Assembly: GCA_001661245.1 (NCBI GenBank)
Contig: KV454015.1
Span: forward strand, 413,465 to 477,464
Direction: 5' to 3'
DNA from: Pachysolen tannophilus NRRL Y-2460
Lineage: Eukaryota
DNA length: 64,000 bases
Positions 45,263 through 56,938 of this stretch are shown piece after piece; position 1 is the stretch's first letter, and each line of letters starts with the position of its first letter. The position numbers were made by a program, and so were the translations under genes. The notes under the pieces are model-generated. The model was given only the letters and a program-made list of their open reading frames with translations. It did not search any database and was not told the DNA's origin.

Positions 45263-48200
45263 TTAAAAAAATTTGAACTTCTTCTTAGTCTTTGTAGATT
45301 CGGAAGAATTCTTTCTACTTCCAAATGAGATCTTTCTGAAGAAAGAAGCCTTTTGAGGTTTAGGCTCTATTATGACACCATTATCATTGATCTCAGTGAA
45401 AGGTGAACGTTTAGATTTGCGTCCATGGTATTGTTCTGATTGTTGAGGGTATCTTTCATCACCTCTCTTCTTAACAAATAGAGCGCTACTATTTTTTTTT
45501 GGAATTGGAGGAGGTCTATTTTCCTGATCTTGGTCTCTTAACTCTGCAGTAGTTTGGTAATTTTTGGCAATTTTAACTGGGGATGGAGGAATATCTGGGA
45601 GATCTATTTGTTTGTAATAGTCTCTGTTAGGGTCATTTGAAATCAAGGTATCCTTTGATTCCTTATATCTCAAATCAGGTCTCTCTGCTGCTAACATTGA
45701 AGATCTGAATTGATTTTTCTTCTTTTTAGTAGTATCATATTTATTTTCAAATGAAAAATCATCAATTTCACTTTGTAATAAAGAAGCTCTTTTATCTGGA
45801 TTAGCACCATTCAAGATACTTTTCAAATCGTAAGAAGAAGATTTAGTAGAATATACGGAAAGAACACTTAATCTTTTGCTTGGATCATAACGTGATTGTC
45901 TAGTAACTTGTGGAATCTTAACATCTTCTAGTTTCCTAGGACCTTTTAAAACTGATGATCTTTTTGATTTAGCAGTCGATGCATTTCTTAATAACTTCAG
46001 ATCAGATAAACGTCCCTCTTGTTTGATTATAGATTGAAGATCAAATTTGGAATTTAATAATCTGGATTTTCTAATTTCAGACATATATTCATCAGCTATT
46101 CTAAAATCACCATCAAAGTCATCATCATCGCTACCATGAGGAATTTCAACTTCAATAAATTCTCCATTTTTCTGGTAATTTTCATATATGAGATATCTTG
46201 GATCCAATTTTGAAACTGGTCTTGGAGGAGGTCCTCTTTTCTTCTTTGGTTGATCTGAAACTGTACGTCTTTTCATCTTTTCAATCTCTTCTTTAGTCAA
46301 CATGCTACCTTTTGATTTCCGATCATCAGGATTAGAAAAAGCACGTCTATCATCAATAACTAGTTCAGAATCTACAGAATCTTCTATAATATCAGCTTCT
46401 CCTTTAGCGGTATTGTTGTTTCTCTGTGACAGTCTTTTCTTAGAAGCTGTGATTGATTGTCGTTTCGATTTTCTCTTTGCTTTCTTTGCTAATCTCATCA
46501 TAGAATTGGAGTTTTTAAGAGCTTTTATTTCATAAAATTCTTTATCATCAACAGTTTCACCACTGAAAATTTGGTCACAAAGTTTAGCAAAATCTAAAGA
46601 AGTTCTTTTAGTTTCTCTATCTAATGTTTCCCATTCTGAGTCTGCAGCTAATCTGGCATAAGTTGCAATCAACTTTGAAGTTATAGAATTACGAAGTTGT
46701 GATCTTCTTTTCTTTGGCGAAATAGTAGTTTTCTTCTTTTGAAGAGAGAACGAATTCCTTTTTGACAGGACACTCATCATTGACATTCTTTTCGAAGACC
46801 CAGATGTTGGAAATCCTCCTGAAGATGATATTAACGAAAATCTATTACTTGGCGCAGATGATGGATTTGATAATTGTTGTTGCTGCTGTTGTAGTTGTTG
46901 TTCTTGATGTTCTTCTTTTGGATATTGAGTGTTTTTCAAATCTTCGTACAAGTTTTTAGGGAGTGGTGGTAAGGAAGATGTGGGTTGCAGTGGAAGAGGT
47001 CTTCTTGGTGATATTCTTGTTGGAGTAAGAGAGTTTGGACCATTTTTAGAAAACGAAATACTATGTTTATGTGGTGAAGAAGCACTTATCAGCGATAATC
47101 TCTTATTTTTCCTAGGTGTTGTTGAAGCATTACTATAATTTCTATTTTTATTGGCGAAAGAAGATGATCTCTTTATGGAGTTTTCACGCGTTATTGGCTG
47201 TCTATCATAAGATCCATTATTCAATTTTTGTTTATCATGATCATGTCTGCTCAATAATGCATAAAAAGTCTTTTCGGTATTTGCACCTGGTGCCAATAAC
47301 GCCTGCGCAATATCTTCAGCTGCTCTACCATGCCATAAAATGACTAAATTTTGTAAGATTCTTGGATTAATATCTTTTTTAGAATTAACTGGTTTCAACC
47401 CCGCTGTAGGAGGTGGTAATTCATTATAAACTTTTAAATCTTCTTCGTTAATTGGGTATTTTAACAATAAAGGTTGATGTAAAATATCTTGAGTTTTAAT
47501 TCTTTTCTTTGGATCCACAGTAAGCATCCTAGATATTAAGTCACCAGCTTCAGGTGATAATTCACGAGGCATTTCAAATATACCACTTTGAACTTTTAAA
47601 AGCAAATTTCTAATGTTTGCATCATCAAATGGTAATCTTCCAGTAAGTAATGCAAATAATATGACACCACAAGACCAAACATCTGATGCAGAACCATGAT
47701 ATTTTAAACCACTAACAATTTCTGGAGATGCATAATGAGGAGAACCACAAGATGTTTCTAATAATCTTTCATTACTTTCCAATGCAGCCATACCAAAATC
47801 TGCAATTTTAATATTTAAATCTTTATCCAAGAGTAAATTTTCAGGTTTTAAATCTCTATGACATATACCTAAAGCATGACAATATGAAGCACCTAATATA
47901 ATTTGTCTAAAAAATGTAACTGCAATTTCTTCAGGTAAAGGTCCTTTCTCTACAAGTAAATCAAATAATTCACCAGATTCCACATATTCCAATACTAAAT
48001 ATAAAGCTTTTGAAGTTTCCCAAACATCATACAATCTTAAAACATTTTTATGATTTAATAATTTCATAATAATAATTTCTCTTTCAATTCCATAAGGTAA
48101 ACCTGCAGAATCACATCCTTTCTCTGCACTAACTTCTTCACTATCTAACAGTGACTTAGAGACAACTTTAACTGCTGCTTTTTGACCAGTATGTATATTT

Positions 48201-48361
48201 GTTGCCAATAATACTTTACCAGTAGCTCCACGACCCAATGTCTTGCCCAATTTCCATGGTCCAATCTTCTGAGGATGTTGAACTATACCCAAACCGACAG
48301 ATGACGAAAACATTGAAGATGCAAGAGACGGCTGTCTCGAATGATACGACAATGAAGTCAT
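45263..48361 (-). CDS. GIN4: Nim1-family septin-associated Ser/Thr kinase
   Basis: 'HSRQPS…HPQKIGPWKLGKTLGRGATG…GLPYGIEREIIIMKLL…LETSCGSPHYA' closely follows Candida Gin4 as recalled. Confidence 0.88.
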   Translation of the reverse strand: MTSLSYHSRQPSLASSMFSSSVGLGIVQHPQKIGPWKLGKTLGRGATGKVLLATNIHTGQKAAVKVVSKSLLDSEEVSAEKGCDSAGLPYGIEREIIIMKLLNHKNVLRLYDVWETSKALYLVLEYVESGELFDLLVEKGPLPEEIAVTFFRQIILGASYCHALGICHRDLKPENLLLDKDLNIKIADFGMAALESNERLLETSCGSPHYASPEIVSGLKYHGSASDVWSCGVILFALLTGRLPFDDANIRNLLLKVQSGIFEMPRELSPEAGDLISRMLTVDPKKRIKTQDILHQPLLLKYPINEEDLKVYNELPPPTAGLKPVNSKKDINPRILQNLVILWHGRAAEDIAQALLAPGANTEKTFYALLSRHDHDKQKLNNGSYDRQPITRENSIKRSSSFANKNRNYSNASTTPRKNKRLSLISASSPHKHSISFSKNGPNSLTPTRISPRRPLPLQPTSSLPPLPKNLYEDLKNTQYPKEEHQEQQLQQQQQQLSNPSSAPSNRFSLISSSGGFPTSGSSKRMSMMSVLSKRNSFSLQKKKTTISPKKRRSQLRNSITSKLIATYARLAADSEWETLDRETKRTSLDFAKLCDQIFSGETVDDKEFYEIKALKNSNSMMRLAKKAKRKSKRQSITASKKRLSQRNNNTAKGEADIIEDSVDSELVIDDRRAFSNPDDRKSKGSMLTKEEIEKMKRRTVSDQPKKKRGPPPRPVSKLDPRYLIYENYQKNGEFIEVEIPHGSDDDDFDGDFRIADEYMSEIRKSRLLNSKFDLQSIIKQEGRLSDLKLLRNASTAKSKRSSVLKGPRKLEDVKIPQVTRQSRYDPSKRLSVLSVYSTKSSSYDLKSILNGANPDKRASLLQSEIDDFSFENKYDTTKKKKNQFRSSMLAAERPDLRYKESKDTLISNDPNRDYYKQIDLPDIPPSPVKIAKNYQTTAELRDQDQENRPPPIPKKNSSALFVKKRGDERYPQQSEQYHGRKSKRSPFTEINDNGVIIEPKPQKASFFRKISFGSRKNSSESTKTKKKFKFF

Positions 48362-48869
48362 GATTTCTTCTTCAACCTAAATCACTGGATATATATTTCA
48401 AAAAAGAAAAAAAAAGAGAAAAAGAAGGGAAATAACTTTAAGAAGTCAATCAGTCTTCTTCAAACACGTCAATGAGAAAAATCTCTTGTACTTTTAACAA
48501 AAAAAAAAAAGACTTCAAACCTTTGTGTCTTATAATTTTGTGGTACTATTGAATTCCCAAATAAACGAATGAAACCAAATACTTCAGTATTGAATATATG
48601 AAAGCAATTGTCAATTAAAAAGTTGAATAAGATAAAAGGAAAAAAGATTTCGAAATATAATAAATTAAAATCCAACAACTTTTTCTTTTTTTTTTTCTTT
48701 TAAAAAAAAAAGAACTTAGCATACCTAATACTTTTTACTAAACTGAACATTATTTCAACCTATTTGGTATTATTTAAAAGTGAATTTGGCTCCTTCCTGC
48801 ATAATTAAAGTACGGTATTATTGATTATAAGACATCGTTTTGGAAAGTGAAAAATTGACGTGTTTTCGA

Positions 48870-48896
48870 ACGCGAAAAATTTCAAAAAAAAAATTT

Positions 48897-48930
<34 letters not shown>

Positions 48931-48941
48931 GCGACGCGAAA
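48870..48941. promoter_or_regulatory. MCB/SCB-like G1/S elements upstream of GIN4
   Basis: ACGCGAAA at 48870 and tandem ACGCGACGCGAAA at 48929-48941 flank a long poly-A tract. GIN4 is a known G1/S gene. Confidence 0.6.
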
Positions 48942-49340
48942 AAAGGTACTAAAGATCCAAGGAATAGAATGAAGGGGAAGGAAAGGGGTTTGTAATTGAG
49001 TTATTGAATTAAGAGTAGTATTAATTGCATCAACCAAAAGTGGATAAGACTTTGTTGTAATAGTAACTGGTTCAAACAAACTAAGATGTAATATATATTG
49101 TTTAAGAATTACATTTCCAAATCTTTCCTCTTCTTCTTTTTAGAAAAGAAGAAGAAAAAGAAAACTGGGGAAACATTTTAAAACGACCTTTGATTTTTTT
49201 AAGTAACATTAGAATCCTTATATATAAAATATATTTATAGAACCGATAAAGAAATATAAAAAAAAAAAAAAACAAAAACACACATCAAAAAAATACTTAT
49301 TCTCTCAAGTACAACGGTAATGAAAATAATTGTAGCATAT

Positions 49341-51587
49341 CTATAACTTTCCAGTGATAGTTTTGATTCTATCAACCTCTGCTTGTAGAGCTTTTAAATT
49401 ACCTAATATATCACTGGAATTTGAATTAGAGTTTTGAATTGCTGGAGTTGAATGTACGCTATTAACATGCCCGTTTTGGAAGTAGTCGTCAAATCCAAAC
49501 GCTTGTTGTTGTGGTGGTTGTAGGGGTTGTGGTGGTGACTGTAATTGCCGGCCATTAATATCATAATTTTGGTCCGTAATCAGAATTTTTGGAGGTAAAC
49601 TAGGAGCGGAGTTAGGCGGAGAGACGGGTTTCCTAGAGGACCGCGATGGGGGTGGCGGTGGGGGCGGCCGCTGCTGTGGCAAAGTACTTGATCTAGCCCT
49701 AGGTGGAGGCAGTGGTGGAGCAACAGGATGAATTGGATGGGAATGCTGATGATGGAGAGAAGGAAACAGTAACGGTGGTGATAATAATGGAGGTGGGGAT
49801 ACGGCTCCATTTAATACAGTACTACTAACATTTCCAAAATAATTATTTTGTAAATTTTGAGGGCTAGCATCTTCATATGCTAATGGTGATGAAACCGACC
49901 TATCTCTTCTGCTTACTGGAGGTTGTGGGGATAAATGTTTTGACTCTCTCATGGATTTCGAGACACTTCCTGTCAAATTTGGTTGTAATAACAGTGGCAG
50001 CAGGGGTAAAGGTTGAGCCGTTGTTGTAGCATCAGATCCCGTAATATCTGGAGATAACACAGACGCAATATACTGGTTACTACTACTACTGCCGTTGTTG
50101 TTGTTGCTGTTGCTGTTGTTGAATGGAAAAGATTGTTGTTGTTGTTGCTGCTGCTGCTGTTGCTGATAGAGCGGAGGAGAAGAAGGAGGGAGTGGATTCG
50201 GATTAATATTACCTATATCAGTGTTGTGATATGCATATGATGGAACACCATGTACAGACATACTATCAATTTTAACATTACGGAAATGGTTTATGGAATC
50301 TTGCATATCTTTCAATTCCTCTTCTTCATTTTCTACTTCTTCATTTGATTTGAAAGTACTACCTCTATTAGGTGGAACTCTACCTAATAACTGTTCCATA
50401 GGCAATGAAAAATCCAAATCTTCTTTTTGAACTTGATTTTCTAATGCAGGATTTATTTCTGGTTGAACAATAACTTGATCTGAAAATTTCACTTTTTTCT
50501 TTGTAAATTTTTTCTTCTTAGATGAAGAATGATTTTTCTCTTTCCCAAATTGCAAACTAGATGCTGGTGAATTAGGACGTTGACCTGTCAACATAAATTG
50601 GGCAAAATTGTCCAAATCTAATTTTGATTCAGAAGACATCATCATTACTGATCCATTGTTTTTGCTTAATGTTTCCCCTGCGATCCTTGCTCCTTTTATT
50701 CCAATTTTTTCCAAACCCCCATTAATATTGTCATTAGAGTCGTTATATTCATCATTAGTATCATCATCTTCAATATCACTATCTTCCGATTGTCGTTTCC
50801 TCGATAATATAGAAACAGGCCTTGGCACCGCGGAATTTATTTTGATTAAATGCCTCGAAGGAATTTTACCATCAACTATTGAATGAGAAATTAATCTAAG
50901 TAAACAAAAGAACTGACCGATATTTAAAGAATATTGACATTGTACAAAAATTTTTTTCAAAATTTTTTTAATTTGATCTGATAATTTAAAATTATTTAAA
51001 AAATTGAATACATCATCAATTTTAATCGTTCTTGTTCCTCTTCTTGTTATAATATCATTATACCACCTTAAATAAGTCTTTGCCTCTGTTGCAGATAGTT
51101 GTTCAATGGTTAATGATAAAGGAATTGAAGGATCATCTTTAAAATTTTTTACCAATTCTTCATCTTCTTTTTGTTTTTTCAATTTTAATTCCTGTTCCGA
51201 AATTTGTACTTGATTTAACTTGTTATCTTGATTTACATCAAGTGGTTCCTTCCTTTCCGATGAACTTAATCCATTACTTTTATTTAATTCAACAGCACCA
51301 CCATTATTTCCATTGTTTCTTACATCACTAAATAAATTTTTAAAATCAATTTGCGATATATTTTCTCCTACTCCACTATTATTATCGTTAATATTATTAC
51401 CAACATCACCATTATTTTTTAAAATTTGAATACCATCATTATCACTTTTGGGTAAATTTATCGAACTCGAAGATGAATTAAGACCAAATGAAACAGGTGG
51501 TGGAGCCGGGGAATTACTAGTACCATTGGGATTTTGTGAGTCAGATATACCAGGGATATTCAACCAATCAAACCCTGACTGGGACAT
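49341..51587 (-). CDS. SCD5: PP1 (Glc7)-targeting endocytic protein Scd5
   Basis: N-terminal 'FDWLNIPG', 'PLSLTIEQLSATEAKTYLRWY', RVxF-type 'KKVKFSD' and 'DFSLPMEQLL'. Adjacent to MIP1, as in S. cerevisiae. Confidence 0.85.
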   Translation of the reverse strand: MSQSGFDWLNIPGISDSQNPNGTSNSPAPPPVSFGLNSSSSSINLPKSDNDGIQILKNNGDVGNNINDNNSGVGENISQIDFKNLFSDVRNNGNNGGAVELNKSNGLSSSERKEPLDVNQDNKLNQVQISEQELKLKKQKEDEELVKNFKDDPSIPLSLTIEQLSATEAKTYLRWYNDIITRRGTRTIKIDDVFNFLNNFKLSDQIKKILKKIFVQCQYSLNIGQFFCLLRLISHSIVDGKIPSRHLIKINSAVPRPVSILSRKRQSEDSDIEDDDTNDEYNDSNDNINGGLEKIGIKGARIAGETLSKNNGSVMMMSSESKLDLDNFAQFMLTGQRPNSPASSLQFGKEKNHSSSKKKKFTKKKVKFSDQVIVQPEINPALENQVQKEDLDFSLPMEQLLGRVPPNRGSTFKSNEEVENEEEELKDMQDSINHFRNVKIDSMSVHGVPSYAYHNTDIGNINPNPLPPSSPPLYQQQQQQQQQQQSFPFNNSNSNNNNGSSSSNQYIASVLSPDITGSDATTTAQPLPLLPLLLQPNLTGSVSKSMRESKHLSPQPPVSRRDRSVSSPLAYEDASPQNLQNNYFGNVSSTVLNGAVSPPPLLSPPLLFPSLHHQHSHPIHPVAPPLPPPRARSSTLPQQRPPPPPPPSRSSRKPVSPPNSAPSLPPKILITDQNYDINGRQLQSPPQPLQPPQQQAFGFDDYFQNGHVNSVHSTPAIQNSNSNSSDILGNLKALQAEVDRIKTITGKL

Positions 51588-51944
51588 ATTCGTTTACTTT
51601 TCCTCTTCCTCTATTGATCTAACAGTCCTCCTAATATATTTTTATATTTACAAATAAATATAAACCAAACAATCTTAGACTCTAAAAAAAGAAACGGGAC
51701 TGCTTTAAACCTTTGGTTCTTGTTTGGATTGATACAAACCTCAGTTGACCGAATTCTTAAAACTTGTCTTCTTATAATTTACATTATTACAAAAGATATT
51801 TCTTATTTCTCTATCTTTCTTCCCAAAAAAATTTTAATTGTCTATACACTACCTTTTTATTGATTGATTCTATAAAACATTTACTAATACAGTTGTTGAA
51901 GATAATAGCATTCATCTATTTGTTTAATTTCATTTGTGATTTAT

Positions 51945-54900
51945 TCAAAAGGCTACTTCCTCAGTCAAGTCTTCTTCTTTAGAGAAATATTCCAGCTCAA
52001 AGATTTTCCTTTGCAGGTCATCTTGTGATGCTAATACAGCTTTTTTCAAATCTTTTCTAACATTTTTAAATTCTTCATCTGTTTTAACAATTTGTAATTT
52101 AATGAATAGTTCCTTTGATGCTCTATTACTAAATTCCACGTCGTCCAAGTTTTTAATGATTGGTTTCCTCTTATCATAGTTAATATATGTCAAATCCAAG
52201 TCTTTGACTGTATCTTCGAAAAATTTTTTCATACCTGGAATTTCTAATAATGACTTTATATCTAACGATTGTCCATGTGCTATTGCAATTGGATTACTTG
52301 GTGTGATACAATCTAAGTTGACTTCTTTTCTTAAAACTTTATCGATATCAACAGCAGAAAAAAAAGCGCATGACTGTGGTACTTCATTAATACCTAATTG
52401 TTGACAAAACATTGCTCTTGTCCATAAATTGCTAATTTGTAAAATTATTGCAGCTTTAAATTTATCCTCTTCTTTAACAAGATACCTTATTTCATCATGA
52501 ATTGTTATACTCAATCTTGCATCAACATTATAAAGAGATGACAAATAGTCCATGGAAATGATGAGCAAATGTAAATAATCAACACCTGAAGATTGAATAG
52601 CCCAATTTATTCTAGAAGGTAAGAATGAATTTGCCTTCAAGTTTTTCTTTGTTAGGGCCGAAGTGATACCTGCTCCTAATACAGGGGTCTTTGGAGCATC
52701 TTGTTCAGCAAGTTTTTCTAATCTATTAAAAACAATAGATTCTGAACCACCATACCAGATTTTCCCATGAGAATATATTCCAGTTTTACCCTTTGTTGCA
52801 GAATATAAATTTCTTGCAATCTCCGTTGCTTTTTCATTCGGTAAAGTTGGATTAAATTTCTTCAATAATGTAGTGGCAAATTTTAAACCAGCACCATATA
52901 TTCTACCATAATTGAAAACTTTAGCTTCATTTCTAGATATACCTAATATATTAGCAGTTTTAGAATGTAAATCTGTACCTTCATTTTTAGTACCTTCCAA
53001 TGTCATCCAACCAATAGCTGAACCTCCATGGATTTGGAAAACAGAATCCCCAATTAAACTTGCTATCCATAATTCTTCACTATCAACATCCGCCCCGACA
53101 AAGCAATAACCTGCAGGTGCTTTAATCATGGATTTTAATTCGGAACCCAATCTAGTCTTTTTCGCATTAGACGCAGTTAACCATGTATTTTCTACTGAAC
53201 GTCTAGTTATTGTACCCATTGTTACGACATTTGGTAATATTATACCAATCTTTTCTTTTAATCCAAAGTCTGCAACTGGTTCTTTACCATTGTTATCGTA
53301 ATTATGAACAACAAATTGGTTGATAATTCTTTCTCTTGCACTTGTCCAATAACTCGAAGATACAACTAATTGTAAGGCATCTTTGGCCAAATCGTAATCT
53401 GAAGTTAATACACCTTTCTCAAAAAAAGCTAAAGAGGATTTAGTCATAACACTAAAAGTTCTAGACAGAGCACCATCACTATGAGGAACTTTAAAAATAC
53501 ATTTTTCTTTATAATAATTAGATGGAATTTGTTCCCAATTAGGGTCTTCATACAATTTTTCATTAGAAATATGTGTAAAATTTTGTGATAAATAATGATC
53601 TTTTTTCTCAATTGGTGCAACAAAGCACCACCCATAAGTGTCGAGCCAAAACAAAGGATATTTATCCCATGAAAGTCTTAATAATAAAGGTGCAATTCTT
53701 GTTCTAGTGGTAAGCTTTAATTCATTTTTCACAATCAATTTCTTGTACCATTCTGGATAACCGGGCAATTTTTGATTCTTATAAGGGACTCCCTTCTTGG
53801 TATATTTAACTGGCAGGATTGTCCAATCTAATTGTGATAACCAAGGATCATCTTCCCAAGGCTTTTTCGCATTAGGATTTTTAAGATCTATTTTATCCTT
53901 TAATTTAACTACTTCATTTGCCAAACGATGTAAATTTTTTTCAATTTTTAATTTTGTTTCAACGTATAATTTTTCAGTATTTTCAATATATCTAGCCCAT
54001 GATTCATTTGTCGGTAAAAAACTTTGAGCAATATGTCTTAATGCTGCAAAGCTGACTGGATGAGGAACAATTTTACGAAATGCAGGAAAAACTTTACTGA
54101 AAACTTTAAAAGTTGCATAAACATCATTAGCACAATAATCCATTAATTTTTGGAAATTATCTATTATTACTTGTTTATCTTCAGAGGAAAAATAATCTCG
54201 AACAGCTTTGTCCATTGTTATACCACAATAAAAATCTGCAACATTTGCTAATGAGTTTAAACTACTAACTTTCATCCATGGATCTTCTTGTAATGCAGTT
54301 TCATCAGAATTTTCCAAATCTAAAACTGGATTATTTATCAATTCTTGTAAATCACTATTCTCTATATCTGATCTAATTTTATCCAATGATAATTCATCTT
54401 CATCGGTCTCATCTTCTTCTAATTTTTTGGCTTTATTTTTCTTATATTTCATCCAAGTTGGTCTTTGCCTTGAACACATCCCAGATACAGCAACATGCAA
54501 AGACATAGTATCCAAGAAAAATGCCTTTGATTGTTTCAAATTGTATTCATCTTTTATTCTAGCTCTATCATAGGAAACATTATGACCTACAATTAATTTC
54601 TCAGTTTCAAAGTTATTCATTGGAATCAAATGTTCAACTTTATCACTTTCACCTGTAAGGTAAGGTGAAACCCAAGAATACCATGCTTTTGTAGAAACAC
54701 ATGTTGCTAAAGTTGGGAAATTAGATATCTTATATAAGACTTCAACATCGAAAACCATATTATCCTCCAAAGGATAAGGTACAGGTTCTGGTTCATTTTT
54801 TGGTGAGAGATATCTATACCAACCTGATTTGAAAACCCATTTTTTAGGTTTCTTTGGTAAACTTGAACCAATTTTAATCAAATTTTCTGCCAATTGTAAA

Positions 54901-55235
54901 TATTTATCACTTTTCAAAACACCCAACTTATAAAAATGTTCATCTAATGTTTGTCCATGTAATTTTGGAATTTTAAAATCAATAGGTTCAGTTATAAAAG
55001 TTTTTTTACCTAATAATCCATTTTTTTTTAAATGTAATTTTGCTAAATTTATTACTGTACTATCCTTTCTTTTCCTCACCGGCAGCTTATACAAAGGAAA
55101 GACTTGTCGTTGTAAACCTTCAGATAAGTATTGAATACCAACTTGGTTAATTCGTGGCTCCTCATTAAATTTAGAAGAATTAAACCTTTTAAACACAATG
55201 GTTCTCCTAGTACAAACAGCATTATATTTTAACAT
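51945..55235 (-). CDS. MIP1: Mitochondrial DNA polymerase gamma
   Basis: Exo motifs 'VFDVE', 'GHNVSYDRARI', 'YCANDV'; Pol motifs 'VGADVDSEELWIA', 'RNEAKVFNYGRIYGAG', 'IHDEIRY'. The first ATG is at 55235. Confidence 0.97.
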   Translation of the reverse strand: MLKYNAVCTRRTIVFKRFNSSKFNEEPRINQVGIQYLSEGLQRQVFPLYKLPVRKRKDSTVINLAKLHLKKNGLLGKKTFITEPIDFKIPKLHGQTLDEHFYKLGVLKSDKYLQLAENLIKIGSSLPKKPKKWVFKSGWYRYLSPKNEPEPVPYPLEDNMVFDVEVLYKISNFPTLATCVSTKAWYSWVSPYLTGESDKVEHLIPMNNFETEKLIVGHNVSYDRARIKDEYNLKQSKAFFLDTMSLHVAVSGMCSRQRPTWMKYKKNKAKKLEEDETDEDELSLDKIRSDIENSDLQELINNPVLDLENSDETALQEDPWMKVSSLNSLANVADFYCGITMDKAVRDYFSSEDKQVIIDNFQKLMDYCANDVYATFKVFSKVFPAFRKIVPHPVSFAALRHIAQSFLPTNESWARYIENTEKLYVETKLKIEKNLHRLANEVVKLKDKIDLKNPNAKKPWEDDPWLSQLDWTILPVKYTKKGVPYKNQKLPGYPEWYKKLIVKNELKLTTRTRIAPLLLRLSWDKYPLFWLDTYGWCFVAPIEKKDHYLSQNFTHISNEKLYEDPNWEQIPSNYYKEKCIFKVPHSDGALSRTFSVMTKSSLAFFEKGVLTSDYDLAKDALQLVVSSSYWTSARERIINQFVVHNYDNNGKEPVADFGLKEKIGIILPNVVTMGTITRRSVENTWLTASNAKKTRLGSELKSMIKAPAGYCFVGADVDSEELWIASLIGDSVFQIHGGSAIGWMTLEGTKNEGTDLHSKTANILGISRNEAKVFNYGRIYGAGLKFATTLLKKFNPTLPNEKATEIARNLYSATKGKTGIYSHGKIWYGGSESIVFNRLEKLAEQDAPKTPVLGAGITSALTKKNLKANSFLPSRINWAIQSSGVDYLHLLIISMDYLSSLYNVDARLSITIHDEIRYLVKEEDKFKAAIILQISNLWTRAMFCQQLGINEVPQSCAFFSAVDIDKVLRKEVNLDCITPSNPIAIAHGQSLDIKSLLEIPGMKKFFEDTVKDLDLTYINYDKRKPIIKNLDDVEFSNRASKELFIKLQIVKTDEEFKNVRKDLKKAVLASQDDLQRKIFELEYFSKEEDLTEEVAF

Positions 55236-56136
55236 AACAATCACCTAGCATTATTTTTCTTTCCTTCTTTCTTTCTTTCTTTCTTTTTATTTTTCTTCCT
55301 TCTCTCTCCTTTCTCAATACCTTCTTCTTTTTCCTCTTTTCAAACAAATCAACTCTAGTTCTGCCAGATAAATAAAGTAACTAAGAAAAATTTTCTTGTT
55401 TGTTTAAAATCTTGTTTATTAAAATTACAACTACAACATTGTTGATGTTGTAGGTTTACCTTTGCAGTAGTGCGCTAGGAAACACAAATTGACGAAAAGG
55501 GAATTCACGTACATAGATACTTACATACACACGCCACAAATAATCCATAAAGAGCAAAAAATTATAGTCACTATCCACGTAAAAACTCTTTTTGTTAATA
55601 GTTTTCGGTATTGTACTGTACTGTAGTATTGTTCAGTTCAGTTCAGCCACAAAGTGTTCCATGCAAGTTCATGCATAAAGAGAATCATATTTTTGAAAAA
55701 AATAAAAAAAGAAAAATTATCACAAAGAAAGAGAGTAACCTTATCAGTTTGATACAGGTAAAAAGCTTGATACGTCTTCAAGAAAAAAAAAAACAAACAC
55801 ACACAAAGCTTTCCAGATAGATGTATAAATAACCTAGCTAACTAGCTATTTGTCTTAGTTCTTGTGTAAGTTCAATTAATGAATTGCGTATCATTGCTGA
55901 CACGTAAAGTTTACTGATATTCTTTGTACTTAGGGGCTTTTGTTAGGTGCTTTTTATTAGGGGCGTTTGACAGATTTTGTTTTTTGTTTTTAATTTAAAT
56001 TATTGAACTTTATGGCTGCCGCTGTACAAAACTATCAAAAAGTAGGTACTAATCAATTTCAATTAATACTACCGCCAATTAATAAGTTAGATTAAATAAT
56101 AATAATAATAATATATTGAATATATTCAATTAAAAA

Positions 56137-56938
56137 ATGTCTGGCAGAAGTCCTTTAAGCGACAATCAGGTAAGTTACTAGTTAATTCTACTTTCTTTTT
56201 TTTTTTTTTTCTTTTGGAGTTTATTATTTTATACTGACATTGAATTTTTTTTTTATTAATTATTATTATTATTTTTAGGTTGCTGATGAATTGAAAAAAA
56301 TGGAAACCTTCATTAAGAAGGAAGCTGATGAAAAGGCAAAGGAAATCAGATTAAAAGCAGAAGAAGAGTATGAAATTGAAAAAGCTTCGATTGTTCGTGC
56401 GGAAATCAATTCAATTGACTCATTATATGAATCCAAATTTAAAAAAGCTGCTTTAGCGCAACAAATTACAAAATCAACAATTGCAAATAAGACAAGATTA
56501 AAGATTTTAGCTGCTAGAGAACAAACTTTGGATAAGATTTTTGAAGAAGCAGAAGAAAAATTGAAAAAAATTTCACAGGATAAAAAGACTTATAAACCAA
56601 TTTTAAAATCTTTATTAGAAGAAGGTTTATTATCATTATTAGAGAAAAAAGTAACCATTAGAGTTAGAAAAAATGATGTCTCGGCTGCAAAGGAAATAAT
56701 TGACGAGGCAAGGAAAGATTTTGAAGCAAAGGCTGGATTTGCAGTTGATGTCTCAATTGATGAATCGAATTATTTAAGTTCAGAAATTGCTGGAGGAGTT
56801 GTTGTTATCAACTCCACAGGGAAAATCGAGGTCAACAACACTCTTGAAGAAAGATTGAAATTATTATCAGAAACTGCATTGCCAGGTATTAGACTCGAAT
56901 TATTTGGTCCTTCAAAGTCTAGAAAATTCTTTGATTAG
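56137..56938 (+). CDS. VMA4: V-ATPase V1 subunit E; exons 56137-56169 and 56279-56938 (230 aa)
   Basis: Spliced N-terminus MSGRSPLSDNQ|VADELKKMETFIKKEADEKAKEI; C-terminus 'NNTLEERL…LFGPSKSRKFFD'. Confidence 0.95.
56170..56278 (+). other. Spliceosomal intron of VMA4 (109 nt)
   Basis: GTAAGT donor, TACTGAC branch point at 56232-56238, TAG acceptor ending at 56278; phase 0. Confidence 0.9.

Noticed and set aside
55866..55933. Possible 5'-UTR intron upstream of VMA4 (GTAAGT…TGCTGAC…TAG)
   Set aside because: The branch point is weak, and it would require a long leader containing an upstream ORF (56012-56095); not supportable without RNA data.
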